From an uncultured Alistipes sp. (lineage in GTDB: Bacteria > Bacteroidota > Bacteroidia > Bacteroidales > Rikenellaceae): a DNA stretch of 61,860 nt. A model generated the notes under the pieces. The model saw nothing but the letters and a program-made list of their open reading frames with translations. It did no database searches and was not told the origin of the DNA. The position numbers were made by a program, and so were the translations under genes. Positions 30,119 to 41,443 of the stretch are shown here, piece by piece; within the stretch, counting starts at the first letter, position 1, and each line of letters starts with the position of its first letter. Location: the NCBI GenBank assembly GCA_902491835.1, contig CABUJP010000001.1:1-61860 (forward strand), written 5' to 3'.

Positions 30119-30667
30119 ATGAATTCAAGACTCATTCTCAAAGGAATTTCCGTTGTTTTAGCGGCCCTGCTGCTCACGGCCTGCGGCGCGTCGAAACGGA
30201 GCCTCAAGCAGAGCAACAAGGCACTGGCGAGCGCTTTGGCAGCATCGGCTGCAAAAACCCAAGCCGAAGCGCTGAAACTCTATTCCGACACCTCGATCCC
30301 GCAGGGCGAGGCCCGTAAAAGCGTCAGCCGCGACACGCCCGGGCAAACCGCGCTCGAACAGACGATTATCCGCTGGGCGATCGACTCCGACCCGCAGGGC
30401 GCCCGCGTTTTCTACCGTGTGATCTCCAGCATCCCGGCCGTCGTCAAAAACACGAACGAAGCCTATCTGATGACGACTCCCTACGAGGAAACCCGCGCGT
30501 TCAACATTCTGGGACTCACCTACGAGAACTCCCGCGACGTCCAAATCGAGATCAAGGTCGTCAAGGCCGGCTACGAGCCGCAGGTCAAGCGCTTCAACGT
30601 CCGTCAGGCCATCGACCAGCAGGAAATCAGCAGCTTCTTCATGCTGGTCCCCAAAGAAAGCGAATAG
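30119..30667 (+). CDS. Hypothetical lipoprotein, PEGA-like beta domain
   Basis: Lipobox LTAC; IDSDPQGARV..TTP..IKVVKAGYEPQ resembles the PEGA consensus. Start ATG 30119. Confidence 0.7.
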   Translation: MNSRLILKGISVVLAALLLTACGASKRSLKQSNKALASALAASAAKTQAEALKLYSDTSIPQGEARKSVSRDTPGQTALEQTIIRWAIDSDPQGARVFYRVISSIPAVVKNTNEAYLMTTPYEETRAFNILGLTYENSRDVQIEIKVVKAGYEPQVKRFNVRQAIDQQEISSFFMLVPKESE

Positions 30668-30689
30668 AGCGCTTCCCATATGCGCGAAT

Positions 30690-30727
30690 GCGGACCGGAC
30701 CGTCGTCTGACGGCCCGGTCTGCTTTT
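30690..30727 (+). terminator. Intrinsic terminator after the lipoprotein gene
   Basis: gcggaccgg-a-ccgtc/gacgg-c-ccggtctgc stem followed by TTTT. Confidence 0.65.
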
Positions 30728-31119
30728 CCGACCGATATCCGTGGCGAAAACCGCGCCTCAGGCAACCGGCGTCCCGGATTCGACACGAATCCGGCAAAGA
30801 CACGGGCCGGCGCAAAAGATCCGGCCTGAAAGTGTGGCGGCACGAACGCGGCAAAAGCGTGCCGCCGGACGGTCGAATCGAAAGCCGCGAAAAAAACACC
30901 GGAAACCACGACAGCGCGCCGTCCGCCATTCACCCGCAGTCTTACGGTTTCCGCCTGCCGGCGGGAATCGCTTCCCAAGCAATTTCCGGCAGCGAACGAC
31001 ATTTCGCATTTCCCCTTATCGTCGGCACCACGATATCCGAGCAGGCCGCCGACATTTTCATGGCAAGCTCGGAGAAAAACACGGCGAATCGCTATCTTTG
31101 CCGCATAATCGCTTAGCTT

Positions 31120-31716
31120 ATGCCCGTTACGCTACGACACATCCTGCCCGGCGGCTCGCTCGCGCTGTGGCGGATCGACGAGGACACCGCCCGTCTCGCC
31201 TCGCTTTGTACCGGGCAGGAAAACGCGTGGGCCGGGACGCTGGCTCCGGAGCGCCGCCGACGCGATTGGCTCGCATGGCACGCCGCGCTGCACGAGGAAG
31301 CCCCTGCCGAGGAAACGTTCTATCGGCCGTCCGGAGCGCCGGCCCTGCGAAGCGGAAAGCACATCGCCGTCAGCCACGCCGGCGGATATGCCGCGCTGAT
31401 GCTCTGCGACGTCCCGTGCGGACTCGACATCGAACGGGCGGACCGCGATTTCACGAAGACGGAGGAAAGGTTTCTCGCTCCGGACGAGCGGAAGTTGCTG
31501 GAATCCGCGGGCGGTCTGTCCGCCGGTATCGTCTGGTGCGCCAAGGAAGCGCTCTACAAATGGTCGGGACTCGGCGGCCTCGACTGGCTCCGCGACATCC
31601 GCATCACGAAAATCGATCCGGTCCGGGAAACGCTCGAAGGAACGGCCGGAGGAAAGCGCATCGGGCTGAAAGTCATCCCGCACCCCGAGCTGCATATCGT
31701 CTTCTGCGCCGGATAG
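31120..31716 (+). CDS. 4'-phosphopantetheinyl transferase (Sfp/EntD type)
   Basis: IAVSHAG, CGLDIE, VWCAKEALYK; TATCTTTG box at 31093-31100. Confidence 0.88.
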   Translation: MPVTLRHILPGGSLALWRIDEDTARLASLCTGQENAWAGTLAPERRRRDWLAWHAALHEEAPAEETFYRPSGAPALRSGKHIAVSHAGGYAALMLCDVPCGLDIERADRDFTKTEERFLAPDERKLLESAGGLSAGIVWCAKEALYKWSGLGGLDWLRDIRITKIDPVRETLEGTAGGKRIGLKVIPHPELHIVFCAG

Positions 31717-31817
31717 CCCTCGCGGCGAACCTCCGCAAAGCGGCATGTCCGTTTGGAGGTGTCCGTTTTTTCTCCTTACTTTGTCTCGGAGAAATTATTA
31801 ACCCTAACCGAACATTT

Positions 31818-33899
31818 ATGAATCGAATGTATGCAAAGGCACGCATCGGACTGCTCGCCCTCGTGGCGCTGCTCGTTCTGCTGCCTTCGGCCGGCAAGAG
31901 CCAAAGCCGGCAACGAATGGCCGTCCCCGAAGACATGGAGCGATGGATCAAAACGACTTTCGCCAAAGGACACGTTCCTCCGTTCTCGTTCGTCTACGAC
32001 GGCAAGCCGTCGGCCCAGTTCATCCGCAAGTGGAAATACTCGGCAGCCAAAGAAGCGAGCGACGAGGCAGGAACGGTCAAATACCTTTTCACTTATACCG
32101 ATCCCGCCACCGGCCTGAAAGTAGACTGTCACGTTACGGGCTTCGAGGAGTTCGGCGCCGTCGAGTGGATGCTGAACTTCACGAACACGTCGCAGCGCAA
32201 CTCCGCCATGCTGACCGATGTCAAGGTCACCGACTTCGGCATGGAGGCGGGAAAGGACGCTTCCTTCACGCTGCACCATGCCGTGGGAAGCAACGGCGGC
32301 CGCGACGACTTTTGGCCGCTGTCGACACCGGTGGAAACGGACAAGCCGATCTACATCACCCCCGAGGGCGGACGCTCGTCGGACCATACCGGATTTCCGT
32401 TTATGAACCTCGAGGCGTCGAACGGACGAGGCGCGATCGTCGCCGTCGGCTGGACCGGCAACTGGTACGTCGACGTATCGCAGCAGATGCCCGGTACCGC
32501 CACGTTGGCCTCGGGTATGAAGAATCTGAATCTCTACCTGCTGCCGGGCGAAACGATCCGTACGCCGCTCGTATGCATGCTGTTCTGGCAGGGCGAAGAC
32601 CGCATGGTCGGCCATAACATGTTCCGCCGTTTCATGCTCGCCCACCATTCGCCCAAACTGAACGGCCGCTTCGCCGAATATCCGTTCTCGGGCGGGTACA
32701 GCTGGGGCGACCCCGCGCCCTGCAACGAGTATTGCTGCCTGACCGAAGATTTCGCCCTCGCGCTGACTAAGCGCTACGCCCAGTTCGGCATCGTGCCCGA
32801 AGTCTTCTGGCTCGACGCCGGATGGTACAAGGGATGCGGAGGCCCCGACTTCACAGGGAAAAACTGGTATAACACGGTAGGCACATGGGAGGTGGACGAG
32901 AAGCGTTTCCCGAACGGACTGAAGCCGCTGTCGGAAGCAGCGCACGAGGCCGGCGCCAAATTCATGGTATGGTTCGAACCCGAACGCGTCGCCGTAGGCA
33001 GCCAGATCGCGGAGGAACATCCCGAATGGCTGCTCAAGCGCTCGAACGATCCGAACAATCTGCTGTTCGATCTGGGCAACCCCGAAGCGCTCAATTGGAT
33101 GTGCGAGCATATCGGCGACCTGATCGAGAAAAACGGCATCGACTATTATCGTCAGGACTTCAACATGCATATCAGCCCCTACTGGGCCGAAGCCGACGAG
33201 CCCGATCGGGTGGGGATCCACGAAATCCGGCACGTCGAGGGCCTGTACGCTTACTGGGACTATCTGCGCGAGCGCTTCCCGGGCTTGCTGATCGACAACT
33301 GCGCGGGCGGCGGACGGCGTCTCGATCTGGAGACCATGTCGCGTAGCGCTCCGCTGTGGCGGACCGACTACAGCTACGGCGAGGTGAACGGCTACCAGTG
33401 CCATACCTACGGACTGAACTTCTATCTGCCGATTCATGGCACAGGTCTCTACAAGACCGACCCGTACAGCGTCCGCTCGGCTCTCGGCAGCGCCGCCGTG
33501 CTGAACTGGAAGCTCAACGTGCTCGAAGGCTCGATCGCCGACATGCAACAGATCATCGCCCAGTACAAGGAGCTCCGACCTTACTATTACGAGGATTACT
33601 ATCCGCTGACGGGAACGGCCCGCGAGCTGACTTCCGACAACGCATGGCTCGCCTATCAGATGCACCGTCCGTCGGACCAGAGCGGCATTGTCGTCGCCTT
33701 CCGCCGTAAGGACAATCAGCAGGACTCGATCCGCGTCCGGCTGCGGGGCGTCGATCCGGCGAAAACCTACCGAGTGCTGAACGACAACGACGGAACGGTC
33801 GCGACCCGTTCGGGCGCTGAACTGGCCGAGGGCATCGACCTGAAGATCGCCGAGGCGCCGGGCTCGTTGCTGCTGCGCTATTCGGAAGCAGGGGAATAA
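31818..33899 (+). CDS. Alpha-galactosidase, glycoside hydrolase family 36 (secreted)
   Basis: Signal peptide; WLDAGWY, RFPNGLKPL, WFEPERV, DYYRQDFN, IDNCAGGGRRLD. True start is ATG 31818, not 30741. Confidence 0.88.
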   Translation: MNRMYAKARIGLLALVALLVLLPSAGKSQSRQRMAVPEDMERWIKTTFAKGHVPPFSFVYDGKPSAQFIRKWKYSAAKEASDEAGTVKYLFTYTDPATGLKVDCHVTGFEEFGAVEWMLNFTNTSQRNSAMLTDVKVTDFGMEAGKDASFTLHHAVGSNGGRDDFWPLSTPVETDKPIYITPEGGRSSDHTGFPFMNLEASNGRGAIVAVGWTGNWYVDVSQQMPGTATLASGMKNLNLYLLPGETIRTPLVCMLFWQGEDRMVGHNMFRRFMLAHHSPKLNGRFAEYPFSGGYSWGDPAPCNEYCCLTEDFALALTKRYAQFGIVPEVFWLDAGWYKGCGGPDFTGKNWYNTVGTWEVDEKRFPNGLKPLSEAAHEAGAKFMVWFEPERVAVGSQIAEEHPEWLLKRSNDPNNLLFDLGNPEALNWMCEHIGDLIEKNGIDYYRQDFNMHISPYWAEADEPDRVGIHEIRHVEGLYAYWDYLRERFPGLLIDNCAGGGRRLDLETMSRSAPLWRTDYSYGEVNGYQCHTYGLNFYLPIHGTGLYKTDPYSVRSALGSAAVLNWKLNVLEGSIADMQQIIAQYKELRPYYYEDYYPLTGTARELTSDNAWLAYQMHRPSDQSGIVVAFRRKDNQQDSIRVRLRGVDPAKTYRVLNDNDGTVATRSGAELAEGIDLKIAEAPGSLLLRYSEAGE

Positions 33900-34056
33900 A
33901 CCCGCATCCGCTCCGGAAATCGTAGGAGAGCCTTTTTCCGTAAAAGGCGGACTGAACGACGCCCTTCCCGAGCGGGGATACGGAGAATCCGAATGAAAAA
34001 CCGAGCGATTGCCGGATATGCAAAAAGAGCGTTTTTTGTTAAATATCCGACAATCG

Positions 34057-34087
34057 TTTGGTTTTTTACTTTTTTACCCTACCTTTG
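34057..34087 (+). promoter_or_regulatory. his operon promoter
   Basis: TTTG (34057-34060), 19 nt, TACCTTTG (34080-34087); matches the Bacteroidota consensus. Confidence 0.75.
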
Positions 34088-34108
34088 TCACTGTCAGAAG
34101 TCGAAAAC

Positions 34109-34165
34109 ATGATTCTCGATAACCGCTTTCATCACCACCATCACCGCTCCCGGAAGCACCGGTAG
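34109..34165 (+). CDS. hisL: his operon leader peptide MILDNRFHHHHHRSRKHR
   Basis: 18-codon ORF with five consecutive His codons, between the promoter and a terminator upstream of hisG. Confidence 0.88.
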   Translation: MILDNRFHHHHHRSRKHR

Positions 34166-34210
34166 GCCGATGGCGTCTGTCTGAACGCGAAGCGAGATTC
34201 AACTCATACG

Positions 34211-34245
34211 GCGAGGCTTACCGAAAACGGTAGCCTCGCTTTTTA
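34211..34245 (+). terminator. his attenuator terminator
   Basis: gcgaggct-t-accg-AAAA-cggt-agcctcgc followed by T5; the 5' arm can instead pair with cggtaggcc at 34160-34168. Confidence 0.85.
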
Positions 34246-34272
34246 TTCGCGAACGAATCAAACGGAAAGGAT

Positions 34273-35124
34273 ATGCTGAGAATAGCGATTCAAGCCAAAG
34301 GAAGGCTCAACGAAGAGAGTATCGGACTGCTCGCCGAGGCGGGCGTATCGATCGAGGACAGCAAGCGCAAGCTGCTCGCGCGCAGCGACGGTTTCCCTCT
34401 GGAAGTGCTCTACCTGCGCGACGACGACATCCCGCAGGCCGTGTCGATGGGCGTGGCCGATCTGGGGATCGTCGGCCTGAACGAAGTCGAGGAGAAAGGC
34501 TTCGACGTGGAGATCGTCCACCGGCTCGGATTCGGCAAATGCCGGCTGTCGCTGGCCGTCCCGAAGACGGAGCCCTACGACGGCCTGTCGTACTTCGAGG
34601 GCAAGCGCGTCGCCACGTCCTATCCGGTCATTCTGTCGCGCTTTTTCCGGGAGAAAGGCATCTCGGCCGAAATCCACGAAATCGCCGGCTCGGTCGAGAT
34701 CGCGCCGTCGGTCGGCATGGCCGACGCGATCTTCGACATCGTCAGCTCGGGCGGCACGCTCGTCACCAACGGACTGAAGGAGGTCGAGCAGGTGCTCTTC
34801 TCGGAAGCGGTACTCATAGGCGGCCGCGCGCTGAGCGACGACAAGCGGCAGATTCTCTCGCAGCTGCTGTTCCGAATCGAGGCCGTCGAGCGCAGCCGGG
34901 GCCTGAAGTACGTGCTGATGAACCTGCCTCACGCGAAGATACCCGAGGCCGTGCGCATTCTGCCCGGCATGAAAAGTCCGACGATCCTGCCGCTGGCGCA
35001 GGAGGGCTGGAGCTCGATGCACGTCGTAATCAACGAACGCGAGCTGTGGAGCAAAATCGAACAACTCAAGGCGATCGGGGCCGAGGATATTCTGGTGCTG
35101 TCGCTCGAAAAAATGATACGCTGA
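34273..35124 (+). CDS. hisG: ATP phosphoribosyltransferase (long form)
   Basis: [40 protein letters not shown]-terminal PGMKSPTI regulatory domain. Confidence 0.96.
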   Translation: MLRIAIQAKGRLNEESIGLLAEAGVSIEDSKRKLLARSDGFPLEVLYLRDDDIPQAVSMGVADLGIVGLNEVEEKGFDVEIVHRLGFGKCRLSLAVPKTEPYDGLSYFEGKRVATSYPVILSRFFREKGISAEIHEIAGSVEIAPSVGMADAIFDIVSSGGTLVTNGLKEVEQVLFSEAVLIGGRALSDDKRQILSQLLFRIEAVERSRGLKYVLMNLPHAKIPEAVRILPGMKSPTILPLAQEGWSSMHVVINERELWSKIEQLKAIGAEDILVLSLEKMIR

Positions 35125-36404
35125 TGCGAATTACGGTGAATCCCCCAAAAAGCGAGTGGGCCGAGCTGCTCCGCCGCCCGCAGATCGACGCGCCGGTCAT
35201 CGGCGAGCGGGTGGCGGCCATACTCGAACGGGTCCGCGCCGGAGGCGACCGGGCCGTGCTCGACCTGACCGCCGAGATCGACTCGGTCGCGCTCGACTCG
35301 CTCGAGGTCGCGCCCGAGGAGATCGAACGGGCCGAAGCGGCCGTCTCGCCCGAACTCAAGCGCGCCATCGCGACGGCGGCCGAGCATATCGAACGGTTCC
35401 ATGCCGCCCAGCGGCCTCGGACGGTCGATCTGGAAACGGCCCCCGGCGTGCGGTGTCTCCAGCGGGCCGTGCCGATCCGGCGGGTCGGGCTCTACGTGCC
35501 GGGCGGATCGGCTCCGCTTTTTTCGACCGTGCTGATGCTGGCCGTTCCGGCCCGCGTAGCCGGCTGCGAACAGATCGTGCTGTGCACCCCTCCGCAGAAA
35601 GACGGAAGCGTAGCCCCCGCCGTGCTGTATGCGGCGTCGGTCGCCGGCGTCCGGCGCATATTCAAGGCAGGCGGAGCGCAGGCGATCGGAGCGATGGCCT
35701 ACGGCACGCAGAGCATCCCGCACGTAGACAAGATCTTCGGACCGGGCAACCAGTACGTCACGGCTGCCAAGCAGCAGGTCGCCTCGTCTTCCGTCGCGAT
35801 CGACATGCCGGCCGGGCCGTCCGAAGTGCTCGTCATGGCCGATTCGACGGCCGTTCCGGCATTCGTGGCCGCCGACCTGCTGTCGCAGGCCGAGCACGGG
35901 CCCGACTCCCAGACCGTCCTGCTCACTCCGTCGCGCGGGCTGGCCGAGCAAGTCGCCCGGGAAGTGGAGCGACAGCTCGCCGCGCTGCCCCGCCGGCAAA
36001 CGGCCGCGCTCGCGCTCGAGAACAGCCGTATCGTCGTGCTGGACTCTCCGGACGAGATGATCGAGATGAGCAACGCCTACGCGCCGGAGCACCTGATCCT
36101 GTCGGTCGAGGACCCGTGGGCCGTCGCCGAGCGCATCACGGCCGCAGGCAGCGTCTTTTTGGGCAACTACACGCCCGAAAGCGCCGGCGACTACGCCTCG
36201 GGAACGAACCACACGCTGCCGACCTACGGCTGGGCCCGCTCGATGAGCGGAGTGAACCTCGACAGCTTCCTCCGCAAGATCACCTATCAGCAGATCACGC
36301 CCGACGGACTGCGCGGCCTCGGCCCGACGATCGAGACGATGGCCTCGGCCGAGGGCCTCGACGCGCACCGCAACGCCGTGACGATCCGTCTCGAATCCCT
36401 GTAA
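35124..36404 (+). CDS. hisD: Histidinol dehydrogenase
   Basis: [60 protein letters not shown] coupling to hisG. Confidence 0.96.
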   Translation: MRITVNPPKSEWAELLRRPQIDAPVIGERVAAILERVRAGGDRAVLDLTAEIDSVALDSLEVAPEEIERAEAAVSPELKRAIATAAEHIERFHAAQRPRTVDLETAPGVRCLQRAVPIRRVGLYVPGGSAPLFSTVLMLAVPARVAGCEQIVLCTPPQKDGSVAPAVLYAASVAGVRRIFKAGGAQAIGAMAYGTQSIPHVDKIFGPGNQYVTAAKQQVASSSVAIDMPAGPSEVLVMADSTAVPAFVAADLLSQAEHGPDSQTVLLTPSRGLAEQVAREVERQLAALPRRQTAALALENSRIVVLDSPDEMIEMSNAYAPEHLILSVEDPWAVAERITAAGSVFLGNYTPESAGDYASGTNHTLPTYGWARSMSGVNLDSFLRKITYQQITPDGLRGLGPTIETMASAEGLDAHRNAVTIRLESL

Positions 36405-36413
36405 GGACACGTT

Positions 36414-37454
36414 ATGAAGAACGATATGGACATACGCGAACTCTACCGCCCGAACATCCGCTCGCTGGCCCCCTACTCGACGGCCCGCGACGAGTACCGA
36501 GGCGAACTCGGCATCTTCCTCGACGCGAACGAGAACCCCTACGACAACGGCTGCAACCGCTATCCCGATCCCCGGCAGCGCGAGCTCAAGCGGCGCCTGT
36601 CGGAAATCAAGGGCGTCGTCCCGGAGAAAATATTCGTCGGCAACGGATCGGACGAGCCGATCGATCTCGCATTCCGCGTTTTCTGCGAGCCGAGACTGCA
36701 CAACGCCGTGTCGATCGCGCCGACTTACGGCATGTACAAGGTGGCCGCCGCGATCAACGACGTGCCGATGCGCGAGGTTCCGCTCGAGCCCGACTTCTCG
36801 CTCGACGAGCGGAAGCTGCTCGCGGCGACGGACGGCGATACGCGGCTGCTGCTGCTCTGCTCGCCGAACAACCCGACGGGCAACTGCTTCCCGCGCGCGC
36901 AGATCGAGCGCATCGTCCGCTCGTTCCCCGGCGTCGTCGTGCTCGACGAGGCTTACATCGATTTCGCCGACACGCCGGGCCTGCTCGGCGAGTTGGACCG
37001 CTTCCCGAATTTGATTATCTTGCAGACGCTTTCCAAGGCGTGGGGCATGGCCGGACTGCGGCTCGGACTCGCGTTCGCGCAGGAAGAGATCGTCGAGACG
37101 CTGAGCCGCGTGAAATACCCGTACAACATCAACGTCATCACGCAACGGGCCGTGCTCGAGCGGCTGGAGACAAGCATCGACGGACAGATAGCCGAGATTG
37201 TCTCGGAACGCGAGCGGGTGGCCGAAGCGTTGCGAACGCTGCCTGCGGTCCGGAAGGTTTATCCGTCGCAGGCCAATTTCCTGCTCGCCCGGTTCGACGA
37301 TCCGAGGGGCGTGTACGAGCGGCTGATCGGCGCGGGGATCATCGTGCGCGACCGCTCACGTGTCGCAGGCTGCGAGGGCTGTCTGCGCATCACGATCGGC
37401 ACGCCCGCCCAGAACGACCGGCTGATCGAAACGCTGAAAAACGAAACCGCATGA
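36414..37454 (+). CDS. hisC: Histidinol-phosphate aminotransferase
   Basis: [42 protein letters not shown]. Confidence 0.96.
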   Translation: MKNDMDIRELYRPNIRSLAPYSTARDEYRGELGIFLDANENPYDNGCNRYPDPRQRELKRRLSEIKGVVPEKIFVGNGSDEPIDLAFRVFCEPRLHNAVSIAPTYGMYKVAAAINDVPMREVPLEPDFSLDERKLLAATDGDTRLLLLCSPNNPTGNCFPRAQIERIVRSFPGVVVLDEAYIDFADTPGLLGELDRFPNLIILQTLSKAWGMAGLRLGLAFAQEEIVETLSRVKYPYNINVITQRAVLERLETSIDGQIAEIVSERERVAEALRTLPAVRKVYPSQANFLLARFDDPRGVYERLIGAGIIVRDRSRVAGCEGCLRITIGTPAQNDRLIETLKNETA

Positions 37455-38575
37455 AACGCGTCCTTTTCATAGACCGCGACGGTACGCTGGTCGTGGAACC
37501 GCCCGTCGATTACCAGCTCGACTCGTTCGACAAGCTCGAGTTCGTCCCGAAAGCCATCGGCTCGATGAGCCGCATCGCGACGCTCGGCTTCGAGCTGGTC
37601 ATGGCCACGAATCAGGACGGCCTCGGCACCGAATCGTTTCCCGAGGAGACGTTCTGGCCCGTTCAGAACCTGATTATCAAGACGCTCGAAGGCGAAGGCA
37701 TACATTTCGACGACGTCCTGATCGACCGCACGCTGCCCGAGCAGAACGCCCCGACGCGCAAACCCGGTACGGGAATGTTCGGCCGGTACCTCGCGGGCGG
37801 GTACGACCTGAAAGGCTCCTACGTGATCGGCGACCGGCTGACGGACGTCGAGCTGGCGCGCAACCTCGGCGCGCGGGCGATCCTGCTGCGCGAGACGGAG
37901 CAAGGGCGGAGCATGGCCGAGCAGAGCGGTCTGTCGGACGTCTGCGCGCTGATTACCGACGACTGGGACCGGATATGGCAGTTCCTGCGCGCCGGAGAGC
38001 GCACGGCCGTCGTCAAACGACGCACGCGGGAGACCGACATCCGGGTCCGCCTCGATCTGGACGGCAGTTCGACGTCGAGGATCGACACCGGACTGAAGTT
38101 TTTCGACCACATGCTCGACCAGATCGTGCATCACGCCGGCATATCGCTCGACCTGCAGGTCCGGGGAGACCTGCAGGTCGACGAGCACCATACGATCGAG
38201 GACACAGCCATCGCGCTCGGGGAGGCGATCCGCCGAGCGCTCGGATCGAAGCTCGGCATCGGCCGCTACGGCTTCTGCCTGCCGATGGACGAGTGCCGGG
38301 CCACCGTGCTGCTCGACTTCGGCGGACGCATCGAACTAGTCTGGAAGGCTCGCTTCTCGCGCGAGTACGTCGGCGACATGCCGACCGAAATGTTCCGCCA
38401 CTTCTTCAAGAGCCTCGCCGAATCGGCCCGCTGCAACCTGTACGTCGAGGCCGAGGGGGAGAACGAGCACCACAAGATCGAAGCGATATTCAAGGCATTC
38501 GCGCGCGCGCTGCGCACCGCCATCGCGCGCGACAACTTTCATTTCGAGCTGCCAAGCAGCAAGGGAACGCTATGA
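37451..38575 (+). CDS. hisB: Bifunctional histidinol-phosphatase / imidazoleglycerol-phosphate dehydratase
   Basis: [11 protein letters not shown] motif; [39 protein letters not shown]. Start ATG 37451. Confidence 0.96.
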   Translation: MKRVLFIDRDGTLVVEPPVDYQLDSFDKLEFVPKAIGSMSRIATLGFELVMATNQDGLGTESFPEETFWPVQNLIIKTLEGEGIHFDDVLIDRTLPEQNAPTRKPGTGMFGRYLAGGYDLKGSYVIGDRLTDVELARNLGARAILLRETEQGRSMAEQSGLSDVCALITDDWDRIWQFLRAGERTAVVKRRTRETDIRVRLDLDGSSTSRIDTGLKFFDHMLDQIVHHAGISLDLQVRGDLQVDEHHTIEDTAIALGEAIRRALGSKLGIGRYGFCLPMDECRATVLLDFGGRIELVWKARFSREYVGDMPTEMFRHFFKSLAESARCNLYVEAEGENEHHKIEAIFKAFARALRTAIARDNFHFELPSSKGTL

Positions 38576-39153
38576 TTACGATCATCGACTACGACACGGG
38601 CAACCTCCGCTCGGTGGCCAACGCCCTCGGACGGCTGGGAGCCGAATACCGGATTACGGCCGACCCGGCCGCGATTCGAGCGGCCGAGCGGGTCCTGCTC
38701 CCGGGCGTCGGAGAGGCCTCCAGCGCGATGGCCAAGTTACGCGAGCGCGGACTTCCGGACGTGATCCGCTCGCTGAAATGCCCCGTGCTGGGCATCTGCA
38801 TCGGCGTGCAGCTGCTGTGCCGCCGCAGCGAAGAGGGCGACACCGAATGCCTCGGCATTTTCGACAACGAAGTCCGCAGACTCCGAACCGAAGGGCTGAA
38901 AGTGCCCCACATGGGCTGGGACAGTATCGAGGACCTGCGCGGGCCGCTGTTCGACGGCCTCGACGAAGGTGCATACGTCTACTACGTCCACTCCTACGCG
39001 CCGCAGACAAACGCCGACACGATCGCCCGGACGACCTACGGAGAGACGTTCAGCGCCGCGATCCGGCACGACAACTTCTTCGGAACGCAGTTTCACCCGG
39101 AAAAGAGCGCTTCGGTCGGCGAGCGCATCCTGCAAAACTTTTTGAGACTATGA
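38572..39153 (+). CDS. hisH: Imidazole glycerol phosphate synthase glutaminase subunit
   Basis: [44 protein letters not shown]. Confidence 0.96.
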   Translation: MITIIDYDTGNLRSVANALGRLGAEYRITADPAAIRAAERVLLPGVGEASSAMAKLRERGLPDVIRSLKCPVLGICIGVQLLCRRSEEGDTECLGIFDNEVRRLRTEGLKVPHMGWDSIEDLRGPLFDGLDEGAYVYYVHSYAPQTNADTIARTTYGETFSAAIRHDNFFGTQFHPEKSASVGERILQNFLRL

Positions 39154-39884
39154 TCGAAGTCATTCCCGCCATCGACCTGATCGGGGGCCAGTGCGTCCGG
39201 CTCACGCAGGGCGACTACGACAGAAAGACCACCTACTACAAAGACCCGCTCGACGCCGCCCTGCGGTACGAGGAGTGCGGCGCAGGACGTCTGCATCTGG
39301 TCGATCTGGACGGGGCGAAAGCCTCCCGTCCGGCCAATCTCGGCGTGCTGGAGCGGATCACTGCGCGCACCTCGCTCGAAGTGCAATACGGCGGCGGCAT
39401 CAAAAGCGCGGAGGCGCTGTGCGACGTATTCGGCTCGGGGGCTTCGCGCGCGATCTGCGGAAGCATTGCCGTCGCCCGGCCCGACCTGCTGCGACAGTGG
39501 TTGACCGAGTTCGGCCCGGAGCGGATCGTGCTCGGAGCGGACACCCGCGACGGCCGCGTCGCCGTCAACGGCTGGCAGGAAGCCTCCGCAATCGGAGTCG
39601 AGGAACTGATCGGACGGTTCGCAGACAGCGGTCTGCGGCAGGTAATCTGCACCGACATCGCCAAAGACGGCATGCTGTCGGGCCCGTCGGTCGACCTGTA
39701 CCGGAAACTGCTCGAACGTTTCCCCCGGATCGAACTGACTGCCAGCGGCGGCATCGGCTCATGGGACGACATCGAGAAGCTCGACCGAGCGGGCGTGCCG
39801 TGCGTCGTCGTCGGCAAGGCGATTTACGAGGGCCGGATCGGCTTCGACCGGCTGAAAGCGCATTACGGCGCGGCCGAGCGGTAA
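39150..39884 (+). CDS. hisA: ProFAR isomerase HisA
   Basis: IPAIDLIGGQCVRLTQGDY, LHLVDLDGA, GGGIK, TDIAKDGMLSG, ASGG, VGKAIYEG. Confidence 0.96.
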   Translation: MIEVIPAIDLIGGQCVRLTQGDYDRKTTYYKDPLDAALRYEECGAGRLHLVDLDGAKASRPANLGVLERITARTSLEVQYGGGIKSAEALCDVFGSGASRAICGSIAVARPDLLRQWLTEFGPERIVLGADTRDGRVAVNGWQEASAIGVEELIGRFADSGLRQVICTDIAKDGMLSGPSVDLYRKLLERFPRIELTASGGIGSWDDIEKLDRAGVPCVVVGKAIYEGRIGFDRLKAHYGAAER

Positions 39885-40019
39885 AGCAAGAGGTGCAATA
39901 CCCGAGCCGTCGACCATCCGACCGAAAGCGGAACGGCAGGAGGCCGCGCCCGAAACGAAACCTTCCGGCATCGGAAAATCCGGTCCGGAACGAGATAACC
40001 CGAATAAAACGACAGAAAC

Positions 40020-40775
40020 GTGTTAGCCAAACGCATCATACCTTGCCTCGACATCAAGGACGGACAAACCGTCAAGGGGATCAACTTTCTCGGCCTGAAG
40101 GACGTGGGCGACCCGGTCGAGCTGGGGCGACGCTACGCCGAACAGGGAGCCGACGAGCTGGTCTACCTCGACATCAGCGCGACGCAGGAAGGCCGGCGCA
40201 CATTCGCCGAGCTGGTCACCCGTATCGCCGAGCGCATCAATATTCCGTTCACCGTCGGCGGCGGCATCGCATCGGTCGAGGACGCGGGACGACTGCTCGC
40301 CGCCGGAGCCGACAAGGTGACGGTCAACAGCGCCGCCGTGCGCAATCCAGAGCTCATCAGCGACATCGCCTCGAAATACGGCAGCCAGTTCGTCGTCGTG
40401 GCGATCGACGCCAAGCAGGCTGACGGCCGGTGGCGCGTGACGACGCACGGCGGCCGCCGGCTCACCGACCGGGAGCTTTTCTCCTGGGCCGCCGAGGCGC
40501 AACGACGCGGAGCGGGCGAGATTCTGTTCACGTCGATGGACCACGACGGGACGAAAAACGGCTACCCGTGCGACACCTACGCCCGGCTGTCGGAACGGTT
40601 GTCGATTCCCGTCATCGCTTCGGGCGGAGCCGGATCGGTGCGGCACATCGCCGACGTGCTGACGCTCGGCAAAGCCGACGCCGCGCTGGCAGCCAGCATT
40701 TTCCACTACGGCGAGATTCCTATTCCGTCGCTTAAGCGACAATTGTACGAACAGCATATAACCGTCAGATTATGA
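40020..40775 (+). CDS. hisF: Imidazole glycerol phosphate synthase cyclase subunit
   Basis: [52 protein letters not shown]. Confidence 0.97.
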   Translation: MLAKRIIPCLDIKDGQTVKGINFLGLKDVGDPVELGRRYAEQGADELVYLDISATQEGRRTFAELVTRIAERINIPFTVGGGIASVEDAGRLLAAGADKVTVNSAAVRNPELISDIASKYGSQFVVVAIDAKQADGRWRVTTHGGRRLTDRELFSWAAEAQRRGAGEILFTSMDHDGTKNGYPCDTYARLSERLSIPVIASGGAGSVRHIADVLTLGKADAALAASIFHYGEIPIPSLKRQLYEQHITVRL

Positions 40776-41374
40776 TAAAATTCAGCGAACTGAACACAGC
40801 CAAGAGCTGCGAGGGACTGGTTCCCGCCATCATTCAGGACGACGACACGCGTCAGGTCCTGATGCTGGGCTACCTCAACGAGGAGGCATTCGACAAAACG
40901 GTGGCCGAGGGCCGCGTCACATTCTTCAGCCGCACGAAAGGCCGGCTGTGGACCAAAGGCGAAACGAGCGGCAACTATCTGCATGTCAAAAGCATCGCAA
41001 AGGATTGCGACTCGGACACGCTGCTGATCCGCGTCGTTCCGGCCGGCCCGGTCTGTCACACGGGCAGCAAGAGCTGTTTCGGCGGCCGCGAGAACGAGGG
41101 CTTCATCGGACTGCTGCAGTCGGTGATCCGGCAGCGTCACCGCGACATGCCCGAGGGTTCGTACACGACGAAGCTCTTTACGAAAGGAGCGGCCAAAATC
41201 GCGCAAAAGGTGGGCGAGGAAGCCGTCGAGACCGTCATCGAGGCCGTTGCGAACAACAATCCCGATCTGGTTTACGAGGCATCGGACCTGATCTACCACC
41301 TGCTCGTGCTGCTCGAGAATCAGGGTCTGTCGATCGCCGATCTGGAGGAGGAACTGGCCAAAAGGCACAAATAG
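40772..41374 (+). CDS. hisIE: Bifunctional phosphoribosyl-AMP cyclohydrolase / phosphoribosyl-ATP diphosphatase
   Basis: [43 protein letters not shown]. Confidence 0.96.
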   Translation: MIKFSELNTAKSCEGLVPAIIQDDDTRQVLMLGYLNEEAFDKTVAEGRVTFFSRTKGRLWTKGETSGNYLHVKSIAKDCDSDTLLIRVVPAGPVCHTGSKSCFGGRENEGFIGLLQSVIRQRHRDMPEGSYTTKLFTKGAAKIAQKVGEEAVETVIEAVANNNPDLVYEASDLIYHLLVLLENQGLSIADLEEELAKRHK

Positions 41375-41443
41375 GCACGCAAAATGCGGATATTTTGCTA
41401 CCTTTAGGACCGCATTCAAACCATTCTGCTAAAAACGAACGAC

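Noticed and set aside
30741..31817. Apparent 359-aa N-terminal extension of the GH36 gene
   Set aside because: Overlaps the phosphopantetheinyl transferase in another frame; promoter and signal peptide point to ATG 31818.
35156..37450. Apparent giant HisB fusion (1139 aa)
   Set aside because: The upstream part is an off-frame read through hisD and hisC; real HisB starts at 37451.
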